NCBI GenBank assembly: GCA_964016885.1
Contig: OZ024741.1
Location: 400,768,001 to 400,832,000, forward strand
Source of the DNA: Eledone cirrhosa
Taxonomy: Eukaryota
Length of the DNA: 64,000 nt
Reading direction: 5' to 3'
A program made the position numbers and the translations under genes. This document shows positions 51,737 through 64,000 of the stretch, piece by piece. The notes under the pieces were generated by a model. The model worked only from the letters and a program-made list of their open reading frames with translations. It was not told the DNA's origin and made no database searches. Positions within the stretch are counted from its first letter, which is position 1. Each line of letters starts with the position of its first letter.

Positions 51737-54601
51737 GTTATACTTTGGGAGGGTCATGTTGCCAATAAGAAACACACGCACCAGTAGCTTTCACTTCAAT
51801 TTATTATAAATTAAATTTATAAATTTAGGAATTTATAAATTTCCGGTTGGTTGGTTGGTTCCACAACCAGATGATTGTTCATATATTGTCAAAGTTCTTT
51901 CGTCACACATTATGTGACCTCTTCAGTGACTGGGATTCTTTTCTTTGTTTTTGTGCCTCTCCTTTGTTCTGTCCTACGCCATCTTGTTTTTGTGTGTGCT
52001 GTGTGCTTAGTTTGCGCATGTGTTACATCCGGGTGTCTGTGTGTGTTTATATTTGTTTATTTATTTGTTTATTTACATGTTACTGGTTGGTTGTTTGTTC
52101 TATGTGTGTGTGTGTTTTCATTTTGTCCTTAATTGTAAGTTGTGATGTTGCTGTTCCACTCATGTTTTCTATTTAATTTTGGTTGGAGTTCATTTATGTT
52201 TATTGCCTCTGTGATTTGTCTAAACATTGCGTCTTTTCTGTGTGTAGATTCTATTTTTATTTCTATGTTCTCTAATTTACTCTTATGTTCTATTTTAGCA
52301 TGTTGGTAGAGTACAGATGATTCTTTACTATCTTGAAGCTCTCGCCAGTGTTCATTTATCCGTTCTCCTATACTACGAGCTGTCTCACCTATGTACACTA
52401 TATTCTTATCTCTACATTGTCCTTCAGTACATCTTATGCTATATACTACATTTCTAGTTTTACAGTTAATATGGGGGCTTAATTTACAGATTATACATTT
52501 CTTATCTATACTGGGAGCTCTTTGAAAAGGGTATTATTGCTAATAAGTGTTTTTATGCAGGTACCTGGTCTTTCTACTATCTTAATATTGAGTTTATGTT
52601 TATCTAGGGCCCTTCTAAATTTGTAAGCTAATTCACCTCTAGGGGTTGTATCGATGAACATTACACTCTGGTATTTATTGTTATCATACCATGAGTTTAT
52701 TCTATTAACCTTATTCCTAGTTCTTTCAATTCTATTCCAAAATTTGCTCCAATACAAGGGACAGGTCCCATTTGTATCATTATTTACCATTTTTTCCCAT
52801 TTAGTTCTGGCTTCTCTATATACTCTGATTTTATCTCTCTGATTGTAACCAGAGAACTGCATACGGTGGATGAGGTGTTGTATGTGTCTCTCTAGTTCTT
52901 TGGGGTTGCACATGCGGGACACGTTTCTCATCACCCGTACCAAATCCGCAATCAGTATGTTGATTTTGGTATGGTCCGAAACAATTGAGTTTTGGTGGAT
53001 CAGATATTTGGAAGTCATGGGTTTGGCATAATGGGAATGGAGGATTTGTTTTTTGTTATTAATGGTATCTAACCAGAGCTGTGTGTCTAGTACAGGTAAT
53101 CGATGGTTGGGGTGTTTGCTTGGGTAGTCTATAGTAACTCTAATACTCTGGTGGATGGAGTTAGCTATTTGCTGGATGCTTTCCTTGGTGTTTTTCTCTA
53201 ATTCCTAACTGTTCTCTAGTAGGGGTGTTTTTACTACGATGTTTATATCATCAACGTAGAGGGAGTACATTATCAGGGTTAAGGGGTTGTTGTCTTCTAA
53301 TTGTTCTTTAAGTTTAAGTTTATTGTCCCACCATACCATGAATAGGTTAGCTATGTCACCTGCAATGCTAACACCAATGGCTGCTCCCTCCTCTTGGGCA
53401 TATCTTTTTCCATTAAATTTGAAAATATGTTCCTTAAGGGTTAATTTTATACTGGCCCCCACCGCATGTGCAATCATTTTCTTTAGTTCATCGTGGTTTT
53501 TGGGGGTCCGTATGGCTCTGGTCCACCCGTTCCATCTATCTGTGTGGGTTTTCTTGGCCATTGAGGTAATGGTAGGTGGTCTGCCTCTTGCTGCTCTTGT
53601 AGGGCACAGGTTGCTAAGGCCATATGTATCTAGATAATCATTACTATAGGTAAGTTTAAGTAGGAGTCCCAGCTCACTGGTATCAATCCCACGGAATTCA
53701 ACATTGCTCTCACTGATCATTTCTACGCATTTCTCCACAGCAAAATCCACGTCAATAGATGGATACAGGGACACAACATCCATACTACCTATTATGCAGT
53801 TTGTTAGGTCCCTAGATCGGTTACTCTCGCCGATTCTGCTGAGGAAGTCCTCCGTGCTGTCACATATATCTGGGGACATTTCAATGATGGGGCGTATGAT
53901 CAGGGAGAGGAAGTAGGAAAGTCTGTAGTTACTAGCAATGTTAGCTCCACAGACTGGCCATGTTGGTGGTCCTGTGACAGGATCACTGCTCATTTTATGG
54001 TCTTTTCGAAGCCCATACAATGCTGGCACATCATTGTTCCAGGCCTGGAAGTTGTTGGCAGTCCTTTTGTTGGGCTGCATTATATTTGTCCACATCATCA
54101 TATGGGCATTGAGGGCTTTTTCTCTATCCTCATGCTCTTGTGGTGTTACTTCTCTTGTGTTAGTGATGTGGGGTTGCATTGCCTGGATGTAGTTTGACAG
54201 ACTGTCAACCGACATTCTGCCAGACTTGTCTGTTGGAAAGCATGCAATTTCTCCATTATGCGAGCACTGCATGAGCTTACGCAAGCCATTTGCAGATTTT
54301 CTCCCAGTTGCTGGGCCTCCATTCTATTTTGCTTCTTGCTATACACAAGATGGCGTAGGACAGAACAAACGAGAGGCACAAAAACAGAAAAGAATCCCCA
54401 GTCACTGAAGAGGTCACATAATGTGTGACGAAAGAACTTTGACAATATATGAACAATCATCTGGTTGTGGAACCAACCAACCAACCAACCAGAAATTTAT
54501 AAATTCCTAAATTTATAAATTTAATTTATTATAATAAATTGAAGTGAAAGCAACTGGTGCGTGTGTTTCTTATTGGCAACATGACCCTCCCAAAGTATAA
54601 C
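51737..54601 (-). mobile_element. 5'-truncated Penelope-like retroelement (possibly Naiad-like) with inverted pseudo-LTRs 51737-51987 / 54345-54601
   Basis: RT (TDKSG, GLRKDHK, SMDVVSLYPSID, QEEGAAIG, YVDD) at 53205-54284; thumb 52506-53018; GIY-YIG (NVVYSIRC...C...VYIGET...RINEH...E...LN) at 52129-52500; disrupted reading frame. Confidence 0.9.
54401..54443 (+). ncRNA. Minimal type I hammerhead-like motif in the Penelope pLTR (sense-oriented copy 51888-51930, minus)
   Basis: GUCA-CUGAAGA-G-GUCACAU AAU GUGUGAC-GAAA-GAAC-UU-UGAC. Confidence 0.6.
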
Positions 54602-54779
54602 AATATCGGTTTCAACACATGTTTTCAGATAAAGAATCTTGCTAAACAAATTCAGAAACGAAATATATATATATGTATATGTATATATACAATTATTATT
54701 GTTATTATATAAAAACTGAACTGGACTGGGAAAAGTCAACGGTTGACATGATTTTGATTTTGTATCACTACTGCCGGTA

Positions 54780-54812
<33 letters not shown>

Positions 54813-54959
54813 AGTGGTGTGTGTGTTTGTATGCATGAATGAGTGTTGGTGTGTGAGTGGCGTGTGTGTTTGTAGTTTGTATGCATGAGTGTTGGTGTGT
54901 CAGTGTGTGTGTGTGTGCGTGTCGTGTCAATAAGTGTTTTTTTTTTTTATGACCATGCT

Positions 54960-57900
54960 GTAAAATGGAGGGGTAGAGAGGGCCCTTGAGTCTAGTAAGA
55001 CATCCTCTCTAGTGCTGGTGGCACAAATAAAAGCATCCAGTCCATGCTGTAAAGTGGTGCTGGTGTTAGGAAGGGCATCCAACCAGTGTATCAATGCCAA
55101 AACGCTTATCAGCACAGCAACAAATAGGAACAACAACAAAATATGAAGACGTCGCATCTCAGAGTTGCAACACTTAATGTTGGCACTCTCAGCGGTAGAT
55201 CTGCTGAAATAGCAGAGATGCTGGAGAGAAGGCATGTGGATGTGTGCTGCATGCAAGAGGTGAGATGGGGAGGTGCCTCTGCGAGACTAGTCATAGGCAA
55301 ACATCTTAGCTATAAGCTTTTCTGGGTAGGTAAGGATGATGGGTTAGGGGGAGTAAGCATTTTCCTGGCTGAGAGATGGATCAATAAGAAAAATAGAGGT
55401 AGTTCGAGTTAGTAATCGAATAATTAAGCTTAGATTAGTTGTAGGCAGGAGACTACTGACAATCATCTCTGCCTATGCTCCCCAAGCAGGCCTAGGCAAA
55501 GATGAGAAAGACTGCTTTTATGAGCAACTTTTGCAAACAACCGCAATGACAGAGGACGGAAAGATCGTTATGCTAGCAGGGGACTTCAATGGTCATGTTG
55601 GACAGCTCCAGGATGGTTACACTGGGGTACATGGTGGGTATGGTTACGGCTCAAGAAATGAAGGAGTGAGACTTCTTGAATTTTGTGATGCAAGTACACT
55701 GACTATTTGCAACACAAACTTCCAGAAACCTGCCAATCACCTTATAACCTACAAATCTGGCGAGCACATAAGCCAGATTGACTTCCTGCTAGTTAGGCAG
55801 CGGGACAGGCAGATAGTGTCTAATACCAAGGCATACCCTGGGGAAGAATGTACCCCACAGCATAGGTTAGTCGTTAGTGATATCTCAGTAAGCATGAGAT
55901 GGAATGAGACATACAGGAAGGTGTGGAGAAGAAAGGTCTGGAAGCTAAGAGACCTTTCACTAAAATACAAATTTAGGAAAGCCCTTCAAGATGTATATGA
56001 TGAAAAAGAAGATGATTTAGAGACATATGACATAGATAATAACTGGAATTTCTTACGTGACAACTTGCTGCAGGCTACTAATGAAACTACAGACAGAGAG
56101 TGACCTGGTGGTGGAACAGCACAATAGATAAGGCCATTAGAGACAAAAGACTAGCATGGAAGGCTTGGAAAAAGGGTGGGAGTAGGGAAGAATATACAGC
56201 CACTAAGAGAGAAGCTAGACGTAAGGTGTACTTAGCACGCAGGGAGGCTGAGAGTAGGAGGTTTGCCAATGTTCTGCGACAGGAAGATCAGAGGCATGCG
56301 GTGTTCCACATTGCAAGGCAGTGTGTCAATGCAAATCAGGATGTTGTTGGAGATAAATGTGTCCGAATAAATGTGTCACGAATGATCAGAAAAAAAAAAG
56401 GAGGCCTGGAAATGTCATTATGAGAGACTGATGAATGTGGAGAACGAATGGGAGAGAGAGAAATTACCCTTAGTAGATCCGACAGAGGGACCAGCTATTG
56501 AGATTGGCGAATATAGGGCCCAAGATGCGATTAAGGAAATGAAAAATGGTAAGGCTGCAGGACCATCATGGATAGTAGCTGAGATGCTGAAGGCATCAGG
56601 GGATGTAGGCACTAAACTGGTTGCACGCATCATCAATCAGGCTATACATGGTGGTGTCATACCCAAAGACTGGTGCAGCAGTATTCTCATAAATTGCTAC
56701 AAAGGTAAAGAGATACTCTGGAGAGGAGCAATTATAGGGGTATAAAACTGATGGATCAGGTTATGAAAGTGGCAGAAAGGATATTAGCACAACTAATTAG
56801 AGAAAGGGTCAAACTAGATGAGATGCAGTTTGGTTTTGTGCCTGGGAAGAGTACAACAGATGCCCTCTTCTTGGTGAGACAATTGCAAGAGAGGTTCTTA
56901 GAGAAAAATAAGCCACTATATTTAGCCTTTGTTGACCTAGAGAAGGCCTTTGATAGGGTACCCCGATCTGTCATCTGGTGGTCCCTAAGGAAACTAGGTT
57001 TTGAGGAATGGCTTGTGAGGACAGTGCAAACTTTGTACAGAAATACTCTCAGTAAAGTCAGGGTAGGAATGGAGTTTAGTGAGGAATTCCAGATACAAGT
57101 AGGAATACATCAAGGTTCGGTCCTCAGCCCGCTCTTGTTCATTATAGTCCTCCAAGCCATAACAGAGGAGTTTAAGACTGGCTGTCCCTGGGAACTTTTC
57201 TATGCTGACGATCTGGTTCTTATAGCAGAATGAGTAGAGGAGCTAGAGAAGAAATTCTGGCTATGGAAACAGCAGTTGGAAGCAAGAGGACTGAAAGTGA
57301 ACCTAGCTAAGACAAAAGTGTTGATGAGTAGAAAAGAGGACAAAACTCTGATTCCGTCAGGGAAATGGCCATGTTCGATATGCAGAAAAGGAACTGGCAT
57401 ACATTCTATAAAATGCACACAATGCAGATCCTGGGTACACAAGAGATGTAGCGGGATAGCAGGCAAACTAACAGGTAGGGAGAAATATGTATGCAGTAGA
57501 TGTACAGGGAAATTAGACAGTAGAAGTCGCATTGATAGACACATTTTTCAAATGCAGGTCGGTGCTATAGAAGTGGTGGATAGCTTCCGGTACCTAGGAG
57601 ATCAGATTAGCATGGGGGGAGGGTGTTCCGAGGCCATAGTATCTAGAATAAGGACGGGTTGGAAGAAGTTTAGGGAGCTGCTGACGAAGAAGGGTTTTTC
57701 CCTGCATACGAAAGGCCGGTTGTATGATGCCTATGTGAGGAGTGTGATGCTGCATGGTAGTGAGACATGGGCAGCAACTGCAGAGGATATGCAACGGCTA
57801 GAGAGAAATGAGGCAAGCATGCTCTGTTGGATGAGCAGTGCAAATGTGCGTGAACGACCCAGCATGAATGTGTTGGGAGAGAAACTGCGTGTGAGAGGGA

Positions 57901-58189
57901 TAGAATGTAGTGCACGGGAGAGGAGACTGAGGTGGTATTTACATGTGATGCGCATGGAGGATGACCGATGGGTGAAGAAGTGCCAGGAAATGCTAGTTGA
58001 AGGAAGACGTGGTAGAGGTAGACCACGAAAAAGATGGGCAGAGGTGGTGAGAACAGACCTCAGATCATTGAAGCTCACGGTGGAGATGACGAAGGACCGT
58101 GATGAGAGGAGAGATGCTGTGCTGAATAAGACCCGTCCCACCCTTGCGAGCAGGGAAGAGCGGAAGTCAGATGATGATGATGATGATGA

Positions 58190-58192
<3 letters not shown>
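54960..58192 (+). mobile_element. Near full-length decayed RTE-clade LINE (APE, RT, internal PHD finger), (GAT)n tail; ORF starts at 55143
   Basis: ATLNVGTL, CCMQEVRW, AYAPQ, AGDFNGHVG, SQIDF, QH; DLEKAFD, GIHQGSVLSP, YADD; several frameshifts and a stop at 57231-57233. Confidence 0.92.
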
Positions 58193-58232
<40 letters not shown>

Positions 58233-58234
<2 letters not shown>

Positions 58235-59023
58235 GATAAATCTACCAAAAGTTTGCGGTAGTGTCCAATCCGTATGAAGAACTCAATGTAATCCGGATAT
58301 CATGAAAAGAGAAGATGCATTCAAAAACTATTTTCGGTGAAAAATAAACGGAAAACAGAGTCAAGATAAATTAATAAAATAATGAATAAACAAAGAAACA
58401 GTTCCTTATATTAAAAAAAACTCATCATTTTACGATCGTTTCTAGGATATATATGTGTTAGAGTTGGTATGCATATTCTATAGATCTATGTACAATATTT
58501 ATACAAACTATCAGAGGTAATATACATACCTACACATATATATGCTGTCTTCAGAAATAATGATATTTGTTTATTGAAAAAAACAAAGATTCAATACAAT
58601 AGGTCTGTTTGGGAACAGGTTTTGAATTGACCAATAGAGAGATAGTGAGGGTCAAGATAGTAATATAGTAGTAGAATAACCTTAAATTATGGGTAGAGGA
58701 AGGTAGATTTCAGTTTTGGATGGAAAAGAATATTATGAATGAAGGATTATTTTAGGGAAGAAAATAGATTGTATGCTGACCTCAGAAATAATTTTATTTG
58801 TTCATTGAATAAAACTAACAAAGATCTAATATATTCTGTCTGTTTGGTAAGAGGTTTAGAATTAACCAATAGAAAGTTAATAATTGGCCAAATGGTAAAA
58901 TAGTAGTAATTGAAGCTTATTTTAGGGGTGAAAATAGGTCAGGTGGTCAGTAAAAGGTATACAAGCAGTTGCTGTTATAAAATAGTAATGTCAATGCAAA
59001 TATCTAAGGAGACTAAAGTGTTA

Positions 59024-59025
<2 letters not shown>
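58233..59025 (-). mobile_element. Penelope-type terminal repeat plus adjacent non-coding body, between (TA)n tracts
   Basis: 58233-58560 homologous to 22590-22965; internal degenerate direct repeat (~58548-58700 vs ~58780-58930). Confidence 0.55.
58424..58561 (-). ncRNA. Type I hammerhead motif with ~105-nt stem II
   Basis: AUUAUUU-CUGAAGA-[105 nt]-GAAA-CGAUCG-UA-AAAUGAU; palindromic ACGAUCGU stem III. Confidence 0.65.
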
Positions 59026-59060
<35 letters not shown>

Positions 59061-59077
59061 TATATATATATATATAT

Positions 59078-59269
59078 TAATAATTGTTTCTACTTTAGGC
59101 ACAAGGCCAGCAATTACCCAGTACATTACTGGAACTTTATTTCATCGACCCCGTAAGGATGAAAGGCAAAGTTAACCTCGGCGGGATTTGAACTCAGAAT
59201 GTAAAGGGACATAACTATGCTAGAAAGCATGGCGTCCAACCCTCTACCGATACTGCCAATTCACCGCCC
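59078..59269 (-). mobile_element. Family A SINE; partial + copy at 59612-59745, diverged copies at ~61650-61810 and ~63100-63230
   Basis: Reverse complement of 21197-21385. Confidence 0.85.
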
Positions 59270-59279
59270 TATATATACT

Positions 59280-59575
59280 AGCAGACTGGCTGATCAGTCA
59301 CTGTGTATTTTTGAAAATAGCGTATATTTTCACTAGCTCTGACAGTTTGGCAGGTGAACAGAGAGCTGTACTGATGAAGGGTAATACCCAGAAACATTTG
59401 TGTCTGCAGTTCTGTTTACATGCCAACATAAGAGCAAGAATGAAGTGTTCATTCTACTGACATGGCTATAAAATTGAAGCTTGTTTGCAAAATTGCAAAC
59501 GAATCGAATGTTATTATTAATATTAAAAAAACTCAGATTACATTTATTGTATTCAGCCATGTAGAGCAAAATTTT
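59280..59575. repeat. ~290-bp dispersed repeat; direct copy 61180-61500, inverted copy 60935-61147
   Basis: Shared ctagctctgacagtt...cagattacatttattgtattcagccatgtagagc. Confidence 0.85.
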
Positions 59576-60008
59576 CTTTTTTATATATATATATATATAT
59601 ACATATATATATGAGTTATGGTCCTTTGTATTCTGAGTTCAAATCCACCGAGGTTAACTTTGCCTTTCATCCTTACAGGGTCGATAAAATAAAGTACCAG
59701 TGATGCACTGGGGTAATCGCTGGCCTTGTGCCAAAAGTAGAAACTATATATCTATATGAACTAATTAACCACCTAACTCCGACTTTTGTTTTATTTCCAT
59801 TGTTCAATACGCATACACATATATATATATATATGTATGTGTGTGTGTATATATATATATATTTATTTAAATGTGAATGTATGTGTGTGTGAAGATATAT
59901 ATATATATGAATGTGTGTGTGTTTATATATATATGTGTGTGTGTGTTGTCACATTACATATTTTCTATGTACCTTACTCTGAATCTTCTACCTGGATATC
60001 TTCCATAG

Positions 60009-60131
60009 ATTTGTAATAAATTAAAGAAAGAGAATTATACCTATGAATGGGATGACGTCCAGAAGGTTCCATTTGCTTTCAAAGATAAACAATGGATTGG
60101 TTTTGATGATTACAGGAGCATACAGCTAAAG
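60009..60131 (+). CDS. GH18 chitinase exon
   Basis: ttccatAG | ICNKLKKENYTYEWDDVQKVPFAFKDKQWIGFDDYRSIQLK | GTAAAA; 123 bp, phase 0/0. Confidence 0.93.
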
Positions 60132-60162
60132 GTAAAAAACTACTAAATTAAACAGGTGCAAC

Positions 60163-60612
60163 TGTTGTTGTTGTATGGTGTTGTAATGAGTTGTAACTCC
60201 TGATGGAGTTGTTGTATGGTGTTGTAACAACTGATGGAGTTGCTGTATGGTGTTGTAACAAGTGATGGAGTTGTTGTATGGTGTTGTAACAACTGATGGA
60301 GTTGCTGTATGGTGTTTTAAGGAGTTGTAACTCCTGATGGAGTTGTTGTATGGTGTTGTAACAACTGATGGAGTTGTTGTATGGTGTTGTAACAACTGAT
60401 GGAGTTGTTGTATGGTGTTGAAAGGAGTTGTAACTCCTGATGGAGTTGTTGTATGGTGTTGTAACAAGTGATGGAGTTGTTGTATGGTGTTGTAACAACT
60501 GATGGAGTTTCTGTATGGTGTTGAAAGGAGTTGTAACAAGTGATGGAGTTTTTGTATGGTGTTGTAAAGAGTTGTTGTATGGTGTTGTAACAACTGATGG
60601 AGTTGTTGTATG
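60163..60612. repeat. ~31-bp minisatellite (gttgttgtatggtgttgtaacaactgatgga)
   Basis: Tandem variant units. Confidence 0.9.
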
Positions 60613-61921
60613 GGTCCTGTAGTGACATCTTGGATATTTAAAACCCTGATGAAGCCCATCTTTTTCCAGCAGATTTCTTGCAGAGAGAGATAAATAGACA
60701 GATAGATAGACAGGCTATGGGTGTTGTAGTGATATCTAGAGCATTTAAAAACCTGGGGGGGGGGGAGATAGACTGAGAGAGAGAGAGAGAGACTGAGGAA
60801 GAATCAACCTCAGTACTGAATTGGCACAATTTCTTCAACCTCAAAAATATGAAAAGCCAAATTAATCTCTCATATTTCATCTAAAGACACATCTCATCAT
60901 ATTTTCTGATATAAAATATCTAGAAGTCCATTATTTAATAAATGTAATCTGAGTTTTTCGAATATTAATAATAACAGTCGATTCGTTTGCAATTATGCAA
61001 ACAACCCTCATTTTTAAAGCCATGTCAGTAGAATGAACCCTTCATTGTTGCTCTTGTGTTGGCATGTAAACAAAACTGCAGACACTAATGTTTCTGGGTA
61101 TCACTCTTCATCAGTACAGCTCACTGTTCACTTGCCAACTGTCAGAGATAGTGATCAGTGGATCTGCTAATATGAAGACCTGACTGATCAGCCAGTCTGC
61201 TAATATGCAAATTAGACAAATCAGTCACTGTATATTTTAGAAAATAGCATATATTTTCACTAGCTCTGACAGTTGGCAGGTGAACAGTAAGCTGTACTGA
61301 TGAAGCGTGATATCCAGAAACATTAGTGTCTGCAGTTCTGATCACATGCCAACACACAAGTAAGAATGAAGGGTTCATTCTACTGACATTAGCTTTAAAA
61401 ATGAGGCTTGTTTGCATAATTTTGCAAATGAATCGAATGTTATTATTAATATTCGAAAAACTCAGATTACATTTATTGTATTCAGCCATGTAGAGCGAAA
61501 TAACATTTTTTTTTTTATTTATTTAATAAATACTTACTTTATTAAAGACAGTAGTAGGATTTGCAGGAAATGGTGGCTATTTAATCAACTTTCCCCTCCC
61601 CTCAAATTCTTGATCTTGTGCCTATATCAGAAACATATTATTATAAAAATGTGGTTAAGTAGCAAAACTGGTTGAGCGTTGGACATTATGCTTTGTGATA
61701 TAGAGTTACGTACCTTTACATTCTCAGTTCAAATCCTATTCAAGGTTAGTTTTGTCATTCATCCGTACAGAGTCAATAAAATAAATACCAGTAATTTGCT
61801 GGGGTTGGTTCAAGGCACTCCTAAATCAGAAACCATTATTAATGAGTCCTGTCTAGGTTTGTTTGAATTGTTTCTAATCCCACAACACTTCAGTTTTTGT
61901 TGTTTGTTTTATTTTTCACAG

Positions 61922-62209
61922 ACAAAATGGCTAATTTCTCAACAGTTAGCTGGAGCAATGCTGTGGTCCTTGGACTTAGATGATTTCAGCAAGATGTGTG
62001 GGATTGATTATTTTCCTTTAACCAAAGCTATCCGGTATACTCTTGACCATGGTACAGGACTTGTAACAAGTCCTACACCAGTAACAAAACTTCCAACAAA
62101 ACCTCCAGAAAAACCAAGGACAACCACTGCAGGAGCCACTTTTGTTTATACCTCAAACTATATTGCAGCATGCATCCTTACAGCTTATATCTTCTATTAT
62201 AATATCTGA
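61922..62209 (+). CDS. GH18 chitinase terminal coding exon: end of catalytic barrel, Thr/Pro stalk, hydrophobic tail
   Basis: ttttcacAG | TKWLISQQLAGAMLWSLDLDDF...FPLTKAI...TSPTPVTKLPTKPPEKPRTTTAGATFVYTSNYIAACILTAYIFYYNI*. Confidence 0.9.
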   Translation, partial: TKWLISQQLAGAMLWSLDLDDFSKMCGIDYFPLTKAIRYTLDHGTGLVTSPTPVTKLPTKPPEKPRTTTAGATFVYTSNYIAACILTAYIFYYNI

Positions 62210-62222
62210 AAGAATCTTCTAG

Positions 62223-62228
62223 AATAAA
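62223..62228 (+). terminator. Candidate polyadenylation signal of the chitinase
   Basis: AATAAA shortly after the stop codon; further AATAAA motifs lie downstream. Confidence 0.35.
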
Positions 62229-62557
62229 AGAACAAGAACATAGAGGACCGCACAATTCTAGAGTACCTATTTATTTATAATAACCATATTGGTACTTCAT
62301 TGTGATTGGATTTCCAGCAACTTTCAAATTGGTATTTTGAGATTTTTTAATATAAATATTTAAATCAAATTTGGTATTTGAATTCTTTTTTTTAAATTGT
62401 ACTATTTAAAAATGTCATTTGGAAGTTTGTACAGCTAAAGCTAAGGTTTTGGTTTTATGTTTTGGAAACAGTTATCTTATAGCTAAAGATACTCTTCAAG
62501 GTTGATAAAAAAATGACCAGGGAAGAATTGAGGTTGATCCAGTGTCGTAGTTAGAGT

Positions 62558-63090
62558 TTGTCACCCAGAGAAGTCCCCTGTATCACCTAGGGAAGTCATG
62601 TGTTGCCCAGGGCAGTCTCCTGTGTCACTCAGGACAGTCGTGTGTCACCTTGGGTAGTCCTAGGTCACACCCACTCAGGGCAGTCGTGTGTCACCTAGGG
62701 CAGTCTCCTGTGTCACCCAGGGCAGTCATGTGTCACCCAAAGTAGTCTTTTGTCACCCAGTGCAGTTCTATGTTGCCCAGGGCAGTCATGTGTCACCCAG
62801 GGCAGTCATGTGTCACCCAGGGCAGTCATGTGTCATCCAGAGCAGTCATGTGTCACCCAAGGTAGTCTTGTGTCACCCAGTGCAGTTCTATGTTGCCCAG
62901 GGCAGTCATGTGTCACCCCACCCAGGGCAGTCATGTGTCACCCAGGGTAGTCTTGTGTCACCCAGTGCAGTCCTATGTGCCCAGGGCAGTTCTGTGTCAC
63001 CCAAGGTAGTCTTGTGTCACCCAGTGCAGTCCTACTTTTCCCAGAGCAGTCTTGTATCACTCAGGACAGTTCCCTGTATTACCCAGGGCA
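62558..63090. repeat. 20-bp minisatellite (tgtgtcacccagggcagtca)
   Basis: About 25 variant units. Confidence 0.9.
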
Positions 63091-64000
63091 ATCCCCTAAA
63101 GAATTAGTAGAGTTATTATGGAGTTGGAAAAATACTTTGTGGTATTCCAGCTGTGTTCTGAGTTAAAATCAGATCATAGTCAACTTTTGTTTTTTGTTGT
63201 TTTGGGAGTTGATAAAATAAAGTAGCAGAGCTGGAGGTAAGGAGTTGTAAGAAGCCTTCACTTAACGCCATGCAATGTTTTCCTGTGGGGCTGGGTAAAC
63301 CTCTGACTCAATTGGAGGAACACATTCATCATATACTGACCAACATAGCACCTGAGTTGTTGAGGAAGTACCCAGACCAGAGGTGAGGAACCTGTTCATG
63401 TTAAAAGCTCACTTCAATAGATATGTTTGCTAATGTTTCACAGGGAAATCTGATATTTCTTTCTTTTCTCTGACATTAGAATGTGTCTTTTAATAAACAA
63501 TGCAAAGCTTCAAAAATATAAACTTATCTTCAGCCATAGCAAGTGTTGCTATGGCTGAAGATGTTTATCTACAATCAGTCAGATGTTTTTAGACATCACT
63601 TTGCACACTGCATCTGATTATTCTTATGTCCAGTTTTTCACTCAGCTCTCCCGTGCTTCATTGTTCCTGCACATTAGCATTACACGTTACTTATAATATA
63701 ATATGGTCACATTCAAGAAACCATAATTATATATTCTTATAAACAACATTATTTTGTAAATATCTAATTACTGTGTACTAATTATCTAAAAAAATACGAA
63801 ACAAATGTAATTTTAAATCTAACATCCTTTTAATGACTTTGTTGTGATTGGTTGTTGTAGGAAAACATTTTAATATTTGGTTGCCACATGGAGGTTTGAA
63901 GTTTCAAAAGATGGTGATACACCATTTGTGATGCGAAGGGTGTCTTGATTTAGGGTTAGGCGAATGTAGATTCACAACAATAAGTGGTTTAAATTAAAAT

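Noticed and set aside
54602-54660. Additional hammerhead (CUGAAAA...GAAA, minus)
   Set aside because: Core incomplete and no valid UH site with stem I
59378-59400. CTGATGAAGGGTAATACCCAGAAAC as a hammerhead (also ~61297-61321)
   Set aside because: Core-like words and a short stem II are present, but I could not establish a convincing stem I/III; left uncalled and worth rechecking with a family alignment
60126-63166. ORFs in the 31-bp and 20-bp minisatellites
   Set aside because: Periodic translations of tandem repeats without splice or domain support

Overview
Repeat-rich animal genomic DNA. The repeat types suggest a mollusc, probably an octopus (inference). Bases 1-20445 are a 40-bp tandem satellite that contains TTAGGG and has several higher-order periods. 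The rest holds one spliced + strand GH18 chitinase gene, with six coding exons traced from 28763 to 62209; its first exon was not found. The protein has an intact DxDxE motif, several altered substrate-binding residues, no chitin-binding domain and a GPI/TM-like C-terminus. Its introns and upstream region are packed with mobile DNA: two head-to-tail, near-intact Tx1-clade LINEs, a 1.46-kb TGT...ACA element with a 4-bp TSD and mirror-image promoter-like ends, RTE LINEs with a PHD finger inside the RT, tRNA-derived SINEs and several Penelope-like insertions. The Penelope-type terminal repeats carry type I hammerhead ribozyme motifs: one canonical, several atypical, and some with ~60-105-nt stem II insertions. 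These insertions also create many long inverted repeats. All calls were made by eye; no searches or folding programs were run.
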